Assembly: GCA_965248925.1 (NCBI GenBank) | Contig: CBDFLE010000005.1 | Coordinates: forward strand, 1,440,001 to 1,504,000 | Length of the DNA stretch: 64,000 bases | Source: Candidatus Multivoradales bacterium | GTDB taxonomy: Bacteria > Acidobacteriota > Thermoanaerobaculia > Multivoradales > J023 | Reading direction: 5' to 3' | In this document: positions 1 through 9,872 of the stretch, in pieces | Layout: every line of letters begins with the position of its first letter | Position numbering within the stretch: position 1 is the stretch's first letter | Notes under the pieces: model-generated | Told to the model about the DNA's origin: nothing | Databases searched by the model: none | Seen by the model: the letters and a program-made list of their open reading frames with translations, nothing else | Program-made: the position numbers and the translations under genes

Positions 1-470
1 GTTCCAAGGGTTTGATGAGCGACCAAACGATCGAATGGACCGGTGTGAAGGCGTGTCGTGACTGCCCGATGCCTCTGCGGAGAGTAGGCTATCGCGACCC
101 TGAGACCGGCAAGATCTACTATTTCTTGACGAACCTGTTCCGCCTGTCACCTCAGACCATTGCCGATATCTACCACGAACGTTGGCAAATTGAACTCTTC
201 TTCAAGTGGATCAAGCAGAATCTGAAGATCAAGACTTTCGTCGGCACCAGCCGCAACGCCGTGCTGACTCAGCTTTGGATCGCCATGTGCGTCTACCTAT
301 TGCTCGCTTTCATCAAGCACAAGCACCGTCTTTCCAGTAGTTTACGGGAGGCCTTGCGCCTCCTTCAATTGAACCTCTTTGAGCGCCGCGACCTCATGGC
401 CCTCTTGAAACGAGAGCCGCCGCCGATCCCAGGACTAGACGAAAGACAACTGGTAATCGTCGGAAGTTAA
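1..470 (+). CDS. IS4-family DDE transposase, C-terminal part (5' end outside window)
   Basis: FLTN...IADIYHERWQIELFFKWIKQNLKIKTFVGTSRNAV is the IS4 Y-(2)-R-(3)-E-(6)-K signature. Confidence 0.92.
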   Translation, partial: SKGLMSDQTIEWTGVKACRDCPMPLRRVGYRDPETGKIYYFLTNLFRLSPQTIADIYHERWQIELFFKWIKQNLKIKTFVGTSRNAVLTQLWIAMCVYLLLAFIKHKHRLSSSLREALRLLQLNLFERRDLMALLKREPPPIPGLDERQLVIVGS

Positions 471-483
471 CGGGACAGCAGTG
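467..483 (+). mobile_element. Probable right terminal inverted repeat of the IS4 element
   Basis: TTAACGGGACAGCAGTG overlaps the transposase stop and resembles IS4-family ends; partner IR lies outside the window. Confidence 0.65.
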
Positions 484-515
484 AAAATTCGTTGACACCA
501 ACACCCCTTCTGACT

Positions 516-542
516 CTTCATAATGTGCCTGGCACCTATTTC
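516..542 (+). repeat. REP-like palindromic repeat, full copy with one mismatch
   Basis: CTTCATAATGTGCCTGGCACCTATTTC, matching the copies at 3391-3530. Confidence 0.9.
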
Positions 543-3390
543 TGCGTGCGCCGCGGGGCCCTTTCCGCGAGACATCTTGGAGATCGTATTGTAGGTCTCA
601 TTCGCCAAGTTTGAGTGGTACGATTTGGATCGCTTGAGCTTTCCGCTGATCAGATCTCCGATTTTTCGATTGCCAAACCCACCGGGGCCTACGGGCATCA
701 TGCCTATTTTGCAAACTCCGGCATCGACACAATCCATGAAGTTTCCGCTCTGTGGTAATCTAAAGGATTCCAGGATCAACGCCGTAAAACTTTTCTTTGT
801 TCCCTCTGAGGAGGTCCCTGCCGTGACTTGTAAATCGCGATCTGAAGGAATGGATGTGGAATCCGTCGAACTCTCTTGTGAAAACTCACTGATCACATCG
901 ATAGATGATGAAAAACAGAGCCCTAGCAAACAAGGGTCAATAATAAATGCAAATCCGTCAAGCGGTGTTGCCCCAGAAGGATCATTGAAGAGAAGGGGAC
1001 GATTGTTAACATAAGAAACACGATTCCACGAGCGGGATTGCGGGATGGGAGTACCGTCGGTAGCCGGATCTACACTCAAGAACCGCCCCACCACCGGACT
1101 GCAATGCCGAGCATGCATGTAGTCAAGCTCACTCTTCGCCCCCACGCCGTTCTTGTCTCGCTCATGCCCGGTAAACTTCAGCTGAAACTCATCCGAGCTA
1201 GCACTGGTTGCCTCCTGCCCAAACGGATAGTAACTGTGCTGCGCCACTTGGGTGCCATTCTTCGTCACCTGCCGTGGTGTACCGAGATGATCTAGATGAA
1301 AGCTGTAAGTCTCTTCGACACCACTGGCGTCCGGGTCTACCGAGGCTAGGAGCTGTCCACCCCGGTAGACGTAGTCCCGCTCCCACTCGAAGCTTTCGCC
1401 CCGCGGATGGGTGAAGACCCGCAGCACCTCGTTGCCGAGCCCGCGCAAGGTCCAGGTCTCGCTGGCCGGGCTGCTGACGCAGCTGCTGCCGGCGGCGCTG
1501 AAGCAGCTGAAGGTGACGATGCGCTCGTCGTCAGCGTTGTAGATGTACACGCTCGCCTGGTCGGTGTTGCTTTGCAGGTGCTTCATCATGTTGGCGGCGT
1601 CGTAGGTGTACTGGTAGATCTCCGAGCTACTGTAACGCACGCGGGTCAGGTTGCCGCCAGCGTCGTACACCGTGCCGCTGAGGCCGAGGCGGTTGGTGCT
1701 GCTGCTCGGGCTCATGGTCTGGCTGGCGCCGTGGGTGACCATCTGGGTAAGGTTGCCGAAGTTGTCATAGCTCGCGGTCTGTAGGCGGTCGTTGCTGCCG
1801 ACTTTTACCTCGCCGCTGACCAGGCGCTGGAATCGGTCATAGCGATATTGCAAGGAGCCGATGCGGTGGATATTTCCGGCTCCGTCGTAGTCGAAGGTGC
1901 CGGTGTCCCAGCCGGCGTTGGTAGAGATGCGCTCGGGCCGGGCGAGGCCGGAGGGATCGACCTGGCGGGTCTCGGTGATGCCGCTCTGGTGGCTGATCTG
2001 GGTCAGCATGCCGCCGCTCTGGTAGCTGAGGCTGGAGGCGAAACCGGGGACCGCGGTGAGGAAGCCCTTGTCGTAGGCGAAGCTCACCTGCCGCGGTGGG
2101 CTGACCTGATCGCAGCTGTCGTTGCTGTGCAGGCAGTCAGGATAGTCGAGGGTCGCGAGGTTGCCTTGCAGATCGAAGGTGAAGCCGGCCTGGAAGGCGT
2201 AGTGGCCGACGCCGAGCTGATAGCGAGTCTGGCGCTCGGACATCCGGCCGCCACGACCCGCGTAGACGAAGCTCTCGGAGACCCGGACATCGAGGAAGCC
2301 GGGATTGGCGTTCAGCGGATTCACCAGATCCACCCAATTGTGGCGGGTGGTCTGCACCAGCTTGCCGGCCCGCTTGTCGAGACCTACGTTCTGGCGGCCG
2401 TAGCGGAACTCCTTCAGCCGGCGTGGGTTGCCCCCGTTGTTCTCGTCGACGCGGATCAAGCGAGCCGCTGGATCATAGAAATAGTCGAGGTCAAATTCGG
2501 TGGAGCCACCGATGCGTTTGCTCAAAACGCTGCCACGAGCATCATAGGAATAGGTCGTGGCGCCGTTGCCCACTGGGCCGACTTCGGGATGGGTCTCGGA
2601 GGTCAGGAAGCTGCGACCGTCATAGTTGAAGAAGCGTTGCTGGCCACAGGTCGATCCAGTCCGATTCTGGCAAACGTGGGTGAGCCGCGAGCCGGCGTCG
2701 TAGGCGTAGCGAGTCAGCAAGCCGCCCGCGTTGCAGCTGCCATTCCAGGCCGCCGATCTGCCTTCACAAACCTCGAACAATCGGCCCTGGCCATCGGAGA
2801 TCTCGGTGTTGTAGGTGTCTTCTTGCACTCCGGAGGCGAGCATCACTTTGAACCGCCGCGTCTTGGTGCGTTCGCCCTCGTAGCTGAGGAATGTGGCCGG
2901 CTGGCTTGGTGGGGTGATCCTGCCGGGGCGGCCGAAGTTGTCGTACTGCTCGTACTTGGTGACGCGGCTGTCGGAAGTGGCGTTAAGGGTCCACACCGAT
3001 TCCGCGGTCTTCCAGGCCCGCGGGTTGAAGCTCATGTGGCGGTACCACCTCACCCCGCCGGGCAACTGTACCTGCTCTTTGACCCGGCGGCCGAGGCCGT
3101 CGAAAGTGTGCTGGCGGTAGGCCAGCAGGCCGGAGCCCGAGCAAGCGGCGGTGGTGACGCATTGCTCTTCGGTCAGTAGCGGCACCAGGTTGAAGTTGCT
3201 CTGGGTGGCCAGCCGGTAGGTGTAGCGGCGCACTGCTTCGCTCTCGGGAAACTCATGGGTCAATCGGCCCTGCCGGTCATAGAGGAAGTCGATCTTGACC
3301 CCGGCGCTGTCTCGGCTGCGTTTGACCAGGCCGGTGTTCTTGTCGAGATCGTAGTCGGCCAGTTTGAGCAGCACCTCGCTGGTGGCGCCG
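543..3390 (-). pseudogene. Rhs/YD-repeat polymorphic toxin gene fragment, truncated at both ends
   Basis: Many YD repeats, Rhs core motifs (HLDHLGTPR, YYPFG, FTGHERD, RFLSVDP, NDPSG at ~972-986), then a low-GC C-terminal domain. No native start (frame hits a TGA inside the repeat at 3393-3395); the C-terminus runs into the repeat at 542. Confidence 0.85.
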
Positions 3391-3530
3391 CTTCATAAGG
3401 TGCCTGGCACCTATTTCCGTCGCACCTATTTCCGCTTCATAAGGTGCCTGGCACCTATTTCCGGCACCTATTTCCGTCGGCAAGCAGCTAAGCAAGCAGC
3501 CCGCTTCATAAGGTGCCTGGCACCTATTTC
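3391..3530 (+). repeat. Cluster of REP-like repeats: 3 full copies (3391-3417, 3435-3461, 3504-3530) and 2 half copies (3422-3432, 3463-3474)
   Basis: CTTCATAAGGTGCCTGGCACCTATTTC with perfect AGGTGCC-T-GGCACCT hairpin core; half copies are (G)GCACCTATTTC. Confidence 0.95.
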
Positions 3531-3753
3531 CGAGAAACGCACCCCCGCCAATCGTGGCCGCTGTTGAAGTAGTTGGCCTAGGCCGTTGTTGAGTTTCTCT
3601 CCCTGGCTTGACGTAGTACGGTATTCTCTCAAGTAACTAGTCTTAGATTCTTCGAATGCGCCGCCCGGAAGCCGCCGGCTGCCAAGTGTAGGGGGCAGGA
3701 GTATGTCGTGCATCAGCTGGACGCGCCTACCGCGCCTGCCTAGGGCTGGTGTC

Positions 3754-4236
3754 ATGGCTGCTTTATTGATCCTCGCCCAGGGTTCCGCAGCGGCGGCGGG
3801 GGAGAAGCAAATCTACGGCTGGGCGGAGCATGTGACGCTGCCCAAGGTGCGATTCGAGCTCACCGCCAAACTGGACACCGGCGCCGATCACTCTTCCCTG
3901 AACGCGATCGGAATTCGCCGGGTTCGGCGGGGAGACAAGCGCTATGTGCGCTTCTCGGTGGCCGACCCCAGCACCGGTGAGCTGGTGGAGCTGCGGCGGC
4001 CCTACCTTCGCCGGACGCGCATAAAGCGCCACCAAGGCAGTGCCGAGGGGCGCTATGTGGTGATGATGGAGGTCTGCCTCGGGGACCATCGGCGCGAGGT
4101 TGAGGTCAGTCTGGTCGATCGCAGTGAGTTCAACTACCCCTTGTTGCTGGGCCGCAGTGCTCTGGAAGGAATCGCCGTGGTGGACCCGGAGCTGACCTTT
4201 ACCACGCCACCGACCTGCGCTCCGGAGGAAGAGTGA
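3754..4236 (+). CDS. Secreted retropepsin-like aspartic protease (family often annotated ATP-dependent zinc protease, RimK-associated)
   Basis: Signal peptide; AKLDTGADHSSL and LLLGRSAL motifs; lies upstream of TGase-like and ATP-grasp genes. Confidence 0.88.
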   Translation: MAALLILAQGSAAAAGEKQIYGWAEHVTLPKVRFELTAKLDTGADHSSLNAIGIRRVRRGDKRYVRFSVADPSTGELVELRRPYLRRTRIKRHQGSAEGRYVVMMEVCLGDHRREVEVSLVDRSEFNYPLLLGRSALEGIAVVDPELTFTTPPTCAPEEE

Positions 4237-5759
4237 CCACTCGCCAGCTACTCCTGTGGGTGGGCGTGCTGAGCGCCGCCGGCCTTGGGATCTTCCTCTA
4301 CAAGTTGTTGGTTCTGGGCCTGCCTTTGTCTGCGAACTCGGAAACCGAGGTCTGGAACATACAGGCGCGAGTGAGCTTCCTGGCCTCCGGCGGGCCGGTG
4401 AAGGCCAGGCTGGAGATTCCCACCGGGATGCCTGGCTTCGGCATCTTGGACGAGCACTTCGTCAGCCGCGGCTACGGCCTGCGGACCGAGCTCGAGGGTG
4501 ACCGCCGCCAAGCACAGTGGGCGATCCGCAGTGCGAACGGACAGCAGAATCTCTACTACCGGGCTGCGATCTACCCGGATCCGGCGCGTTCCGAACTCGC
4601 CGCCGAGCCGCCACCGCCACCGGTGCCGGAGTTGGAGGAGCCCTTTCTCACCGCCTTGACCGCGCTGGTCACCGAGGTCCGCAGCCAATCCGCCGATGTC
4701 TCGACCTTCACCTCGGAAATGCTGGCCCGGACCCTCGACCCTTCGCCGAGCGAAGATGTCGATCTGCTGCTCGGAAGAGCCCAGACCCCGGGGGAGCGCG
4801 CGCAGGTCTTGGTCGAGCTGCTGGCGGGAGCGCGCATTCCAGCGCGGGTGGCCAATGGCCTGAGGCTCGAGGAGCGCCAGGCGCGGGCCGACTTCTTGCC
4901 CTGGCTCGAGGTCTACAATGGCGAGGAGTGGCTGTTCTTCGACCCGGCGAGCGGTGAGCAGCAGCGACCGGCCGACTTGCTGCTGTGGTGGCGTGGTGGC
5001 TCGGAAATGCTCGAGATCTCTGGTGGCCGGCGAGCCAACACGCAGGTCTCCGTGCAGCGCGACACGATCGGCACCATGGAAGTGGCCGAGCGCCGTGCCG
5101 AGCTGCTGGGTTCGCGGATGGTGGAGTTTTCGCTGCTCGGGCTGCCACTGCAGACCCAGACCGTGTACGGGGTAGTGCTGCTGATCCCGATCGGGGCTTT
5201 GCTCCTGGTGCTGCTGCGCAATGTGGTGGGCATCAAGACCTTCGGCACTTTCACCCCGGTGCTGGTGGCGCTGGCTTTCCGCGAGACCCGGCTACTCTGG
5301 GGCATTGTTCTGTTCTGCCTAGTGGTAACCCTGGGATTGGCCATCCGCTTCTATCTAGAGCGTTTACGGCTGCTGCTGGTGCCGCGACTGGCAGCGGTGC
5401 TGACGGTAGTGGTTCTGGTGATGGCCACGGTGAGTGTGCTTTCCAATCGGTTGGGTATGGAGCGCGGGCTGTCGGTGGCCCTCTTTCCACTGGTCATCCT
5501 GACCATGGCGATCGAGCGCATGTCAGTGGTGTGGGAAGAGCGCGGCGCCAGGGAGGCAATCGAGGAGGGACTTGGCAGCCTGTTGGTGGCTGCCCTTGCT
5601 TATCTGGCGATGAGCTTCTCCTTCCTCGAGCACCTGCTGTTCGTTTTTCCTGAGCTACTCTTGCTGGTGCTGGCAGCCATCCTGCTACTCGGCCGCTATC
5701 GCGGCTATCGGCTGCTCGAGCTGCGGCGCTTCCGCGCCCTGGCCAGGGAGAGCGCCTGA
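4233..5759 (+). CDS. Inactive transglutaminase fused to 7TM domain (UUP1-type membrane protein)
   Basis: IPARVANGL..WLEVYNGEEW..FDP TGase-like core lacking the catalytic Cys; GIKTFGTFTPVLVALAF 7TM region; overlaps both neighbours. Confidence 0.9.
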   Translation: MTTRQLLLWVGVLSAAGLGIFLYKLLVLGLPLSANSETEVWNIQARVSFLASGGPVKARLEIPTGMPGFGILDEHFVSRGYGLRTELEGDRRQAQWAIRSANGQQNLYYRAAIYPDPARSELAAEPPPPPVPELEEPFLTALTALVTEVRSQSADVSTFTSEMLARTLDPSPSEDVDLLLGRAQTPGERAQVLVELLAGARIPARVANGLRLEERQARADFLPWLEVYNGEEWLFFDPASGEQQRPADLLLWWRGGSEMLEISGGRRANTQVSVQRDTIGTMEVAERRAELLGSRMVEFSLLGLPLQTQTVYGVVLLIPIGALLLVLLRNVVGIKTFGTFTPVLVALAFRETRLLWGIVLFCLVVTLGLAIRFYLERLRLLLVPRLAAVLTVVVLVMATVSVLSNRLGMERGLSVALFPLVILTMAIERMSVVWEERGAREAIEEGLGSLLVAALAYLAMSFSFLEHLLFVFPELLLLVLAAILLLGRYRGYRLLELRRFRALARESA

Positions 5760-6712
5760 TGCTGGGATTGGCGCGCGCGCTTCGCGCCCGCGGGATCCTG
5801 GGCCTGAACAAGCGCAACGGCGACTACATCGCGCGCTACAACTCACGTCGACTCTATCCATTGGTCGACGACAAGCTGCTGACCAAGAGTTTGGCACTCG
5901 AGGCTGGCATGGCGGTACCCGAGCTCTATGGTGTGACCACCGCCCAACACGAGATCAGCCAACTGCCCAGCCTGTTGACCGGGCACGAGGACTTCGTGCT
6001 CAAGCCAGCTCGGGGTAGCGGTGGCAACGGAATCTTGGTCATCACCGGTACCCTCGAAGGCCGCTATCGCCGGCCAGGCGGCCAGTTGCTGAGGGAGGAA
6101 GAGCTCGGGCACCACGTCTCCGGTATCCTCTCCGGCCTGTACAGCCTGGGCGGGCAGCGGGACCGGGCGATGTTGGAATACCGGGTGCGTTTCGACCCCC
6201 TGTTCGAGCAGGTCACGTTCCAGGGTGTGCCCGACATCCGGGTGATCGTCTTCCTCGGCCATCCGGCCATGGCCATGGTGCGCCTGCCGACCCGCTACTC
6301 GGACGGCAAGGCCAATCTGCACCAAGGTGCGATCGGCGCTGGCATCGACCTGGCCACCGGCCGCACCCTCGCCGGCGTGCTCGGCAACGACGTGGTGCGC
6401 GCCCACCCCGATACTGGCCAGTCGATCCGCGGCCTCGAGATTCCCGGTTGGCAGACGATCCTCGAACTCGCGGCGCGCTGCTTCGAGATCACCGGTCTCG
6501 GCTACCTGGGAGTAGACATCGTCCTCGACGACGAGCGCGGCCCGCTGATCCTCGAGCTCAACGCCCGGCCCGGTCTCAACATTCAAATCGCCAACGGCCA
6601 GGGCCTGCGTAGCCGCCTGGAGCGGATCGCTGCCGAGACCGATCCCGACGCCCCCACAGGCACCCGCGTTGCCTTCTCCAGAGCGAGTTTCCGTCACCAG
6701 GGCGGGGCCTGA
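5759..6712 (+). CDS. Alpha-L-glutamate ligase-like ATP-grasp protein
   Basis: VDDKLLTK, FVLKPARGSGGNGI, GVPDIRV, ANLHQG, LELNARPGL motifs. Confidence 0.92.
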   Translation: MLGLARALRARGILGLNKRNGDYIARYNSRRLYPLVDDKLLTKSLALEAGMAVPELYGVTTAQHEISQLPSLLTGHEDFVLKPARGSGGNGILVITGTLEGRYRRPGGQLLREEELGHHVSGILSGLYSLGGQRDRAMLEYRVRFDPLFEQVTFQGVPDIRVIVFLGHPAMAMVRLPTRYSDGKANLHQGAIGAGIDLATGRTLAGVLGNDVVRAHPDTGQSIRGLEIPGWQTILELAARCFEITGLGYLGVDIVLDDERGPLILELNARPGLNIQIANGQGLRSRLERIAAETDPDAPTGTRVAFSRASFRHQGGA

Positions 6713-6821
6713 ACAGCCAAGGGGGGCCTTTGACTACAAGCGAAAAATGGCCAGTCCGAGACAAGCGCGTTTGATGAGTCGCGAAGGGCACCTGCCGAGC
6801 CCAGCTGCTGTCGGTCCAGTA

Positions 6822-6832
6822 GCACCTATTTC
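6822..6832 (+). repeat. Half copy of REP-like repeat (GCACCTATTTC)
   Basis: Exact 11-mer of the repeat 3' half, intergenic, followed by TG like other copies. Confidence 0.65.
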
Positions 6833-6946
6833 TGCAGCCAGGCGAGCTTCAAAGCGCCGGCTTCGAGCTTCTGAGCGAGCACCCCTTGCCGCAGCTCGAA
6901 GACAACTATATGCTGCGTTTCGAGCGTCGCTGAGCAGGGGTTATTG

Positions 6947-9139
6947 ATGGGCGAACCGAAGAGTAGCGTGGCAAGCGAGGTGGGAACGCCAGCGATGGCT
7001 TCACACCGGTCGGCCTTCACCGTGGTGTTTTGGGCCAGTTTCCTGGGGTTGTTCCTCGAGCTGGCCTTGATCCGCTGGGTGTCGAGCGAGATCCGCGTCT
7101 TCGCTTACTGCAAGAACCTGGTGTTGGTCGCTTGCTTTCTGGGATTTGGCGCTGGCTGCTTCTTGGCGCGGCGCAAGATAGAGCTGCTGCGGTCGATGTT
7201 CGTCTTGCTGCTGCTCGTTCTGGTAGTGCGTCTGCCGTGGCAATCGCTGCAAGAGTTCGGCCCCCGTCGGGTCAGCGACATCTTGGCCGAGTTCTCCGGT
7301 TTCATGATCTTTCACCAGCAGGTCGAAGGGCGGTGGACCGAACTCGGTCAGCTGCTCTTCGCGATCGGCTGGACCAGCGTGATGTTCTTCGCCGCGGCCT
7401 ACATCATGGTGCCCTTCGGTCAGCTCACCGCCGCCGCCATCAGCAAATTCGACAGCCCGGTGCGGGCCTACTCGATCAACGTCGCCGGCAGCCTGCTCGG
7501 CATCCTCACCTTTAGTTTGATGAGCAGCATCGGCACGCCGCCACTGATCTGGTTCGTACCGATCGTTTTGGGTTGTTTGATCTTTGTCGACAGCTCGGCG
7601 GGCGCCGATTCGCCCTCGACGGCGGCGCCGCGCTGGCAAGCCCAGGCGCTCATCGGCCTGGCCCTGGCGATGACCCTGGTGATGCTGCCCGACAATCGGC
7701 CCAGCTTCAGAACCTTTTGGTCGGGCTATCAGAAGCTGTCGGTATTCGAAGGCCGTGAACCGGGAGTCGCCTGGCATATTTTCGTCAACAACACCGGCTT
7801 TCAGAACTTGCGCCCACAGCCCACCTTGGCAGAGAGCGGCGACATCTCGATCGATCGTTTCTCCATGCCTTATGCCTTCCGTCGACCCGCCGGCAAGGTC
7901 CTGATCGTCGGCGCCGGCAGCGGCAACGACGCCGCCATAGCGCTCAGGGCCGGGGCCACCTCGGTGACCGCGGTCGAGATCGACCGCAAGATCTACGAGC
8001 TCGGAGCAGAGCTCCATCCGCAAGCTCCGTACTCGGACCCGCGAGTCGAAGTGGTGATTGACGACGCCCGCAACTACTTGAAAAGGAGCCATGAGCTCTT
8101 CGATGTCATCGTCTTCAGCCACCTTGACTCGCATGCCCTGCTGTCCTCTTACACCAATGTCCGATTGGACAACTACATCTACACCGTCGAGGCGCTCCGC
8201 GAGGCGCGCAGCCGCCTGGCGCCCGGCGGTATCGTCTATATCTCCTTTTTCGCCCAAGAAGCCTTCGTCGGCCATCGCCTGGCGACCAATCTTGAGGCCG
8301 CTTTCGGACACCCACCGGTCTACCTGCAGAGCGCCCGGCGTCAGGGAGATCGCGAAGTGCTGCACAATGTTTATCTGCTGACCGGCGAAGCCGAGGTTCA
8401 AGAGCAGCTCCAGGCGGCGGCCGCGGGGTGGAGTGACTTCGCGGCGGTACCGGCAACCCATGAGGTAGATCCCTCCACTGATGCGTGGCCTTTCTTGCCG
8501 CTCGAAAAGCGCTCTATCCCGCCTTTTATATTGCTGATCTCGATCGTCATCCTGGCCCTTTCGCTGATCTTCGTGCTCGCCGCGCGCCCCTCCGGCGCCG
8601 CGTTCGATGGCCGAGTCTTCTGGCTTGGCGCCGCCTTCATGTTGCTCGAAGTCCACAACGTCTCACGCCTGGCGCTGGTCTTCGGCACCACCTGGAAGGT
8701 CAACGCCTGGGTGGTCGGAGTGATCTTAGGCCTGATTCTGCTGGCCAACGCCACCTATCTGGCACTGAGCCGCCGCGGTCGCCGGCCTGGCCGGTGGGCG
8801 GTAGGCGGGCTATTCGCGACCCTGGCGGCGGCCTGGTTGGTGCCCTTGGAGACCTTCATCGGAGCGGACCTGGTCTGGGGGCCCGCCGCCGCCACCCTGC
8901 TGCTGTCGGCGCCGATCTATTTCGCTGGCCTGGTGTTTGCCGAGGCCTTCGCGGAGAGTGCCGCGCCGGGCTTCGCCCTGGGCTGGAACATCCTCGGAGC
9001 CGTGACCGGCGGGATGCTCGAAAACCTCTCCTATGTCGCTGGAATTCCAGCCCTGGTGCCGCTCGCGGCGCTGCTCTACCTGGCGGCGATCGCCTGGCCG
9101 CGCTCGCCGGTCTCGGCGCCCATCCGACAACCGGCTTGA
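6947..9139 (+). CDS. Multi-TM membrane protein fused to a spermidine-synthase-like SAM-dependent transferase domain
   Basis: N- and C-terminal TM bundles; VLIVGAGSGNDA, AVEID, VVIDDAR, TDAWPF motifs. Confidence 0.85.
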   Translation: MGEPKSSVASEVGTPAMASHRSAFTVVFWASFLGLFLELALIRWVSSEIRVFAYCKNLVLVACFLGFGAGCFLARRKIELLRSMFVLLLLVLVVRLPWQSLQEFGPRRVSDILAEFSGFMIFHQQVEGRWTELGQLLFAIGWTSVMFFAAAYIMVPFGQLTAAAISKFDSPVRAYSINVAGSLLGILTFSLMSSIGTPPLIWFVPIVLGCLIFVDSSAGADSPSTAAPRWQAQALIGLALAMTLVMLPDNRPSFRTFWSGYQKLSVFEGREPGVAWHIFVNNTGFQNLRPQPTLAESGDISIDRFSMPYAFRRPAGKVLIVGAGSGNDAAIALRAGATSVTAVEIDRKIYELGAELHPQAPYSDPRVEVVIDDARNYLKRSHELFDVIVFSHLDSHALLSSYTNVRLDNYIYTVEALREARSRLAPGGIVYISFFAQEAFVGHRLATNLEAAFGHPPVYLQSARRQGDREVLHNVYLLTGEAEVQEQLQAAAAGWSDFAAVPATHEVDPSTDAWPFLPLEKRSIPPFILLISIVILALSLIFVLAARPSGAAFDGRVFWLGAAFMLLEVHNVSRLALVFGTTWKVNAWVVGVILGLILLANATYLALSRRGRRPGRWAVGGLFATLAAAWLVPLETFIGADLVWGPAAATLLLSAPIYFAGLVFAEAFAESAAPGFALGWNILGAVTGGMLENLSYVAGIPALVPLAALLYLAAIAWPRSPVSAPIRQPA

Positions 9140-9292
9140 GCACCTCGGTACCGACGCGTCGTGTTCCTACCGCTGCCAAGACAGGCCAGCTTCCCGGCCG
9201 TCGCCGGTTGCGAAGACCCGCCGCAAGTACCCCGCACGGACCAGCCCTCAAGACCCCTCCGGCGGCCAATTGTAAGAACGCCTTCCGCGGGA

Positions 9293-9560
9293 TAGGATCT
9301 CTTCACAGAGTTAGTTTTCTGGTTCATCCGGGAAATGAGGAGGTGCTGGTCTCGCCGGACTGGTCATTCCAGTCCAGGCAGGCCCGCTGAGGTTTGGCGA
9401 GCCCCGCCGCTCGCTGAGTGTGGCGCCATCGGCTGACCGCCTCAAGGGTACGCTTCGCCGGCTCCTTCCCTCCTGCCGCCCCTGACCCGGCCAGCCGCTG
9501 TCGCTCCTGTAGGCCTGTAGGCGACGGGGAAAAGGCGATCTCGACGCAATCAAGCTGGTC
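9293..9560. mobile_element. Possible decayed IS end or palindromic non-coding element
   Basis: IS-terminus-like TAGGATCTCTTCACAGAG, hairpin GGACTGG-TCATT-CCAGTCC, degenerate TCAAGGG...CCCCTGA stem; no credible ORF. Confidence 0.3.
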
Positions 9561-9872
9561 TGGGCACCGAATCGAGCTGTTCTGTGAGCAGAGGACTAGG
9601 GGGGACTTGAGAGTTGTCGCCATGTCGATCATCCTGGTCGTATCTCCGCGTCATATGTGCCTTCTATGAGTCGGACGGTTCAAGTCAAGCAGAATGGTGG
9701 ATTCTGGTCGATGATTTCTCGCTGGTGACTGGGTCTGATCGGACGAACTTCTATTCGCACTCTTTGAGGCCTGATCGGAGGCCGGTGCATTACGAGCTTT
9801 GCGTCTAGAGACCCAAAGAGGGCGCTCCCATCTGGCACACGGAGTCCAAGCTCCAAGACAAACGTGGCCGTT

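Noticed and set aside
435-542. C-terminal tail of the 979-aa Rhs ORF (EIGARHIMK...LSFV)
   Set aside because: Read-through translation of the repeat and IS4 end, not a genuine toxin sequence
1848-3179. 443-aa plus-strand ORF
   Set aside because: Antisense shadow of the Rhs frame in GC-rich DNA; the same applies to 7001-8656, 5843-6697, 19867-20841 and similar ORFs
3391-3530. CRISPR array
   Set aside because: Spacers of 1-29 nt are irregular, half copies are present, and no cas genes are in the window; fits a REP-like cluster better
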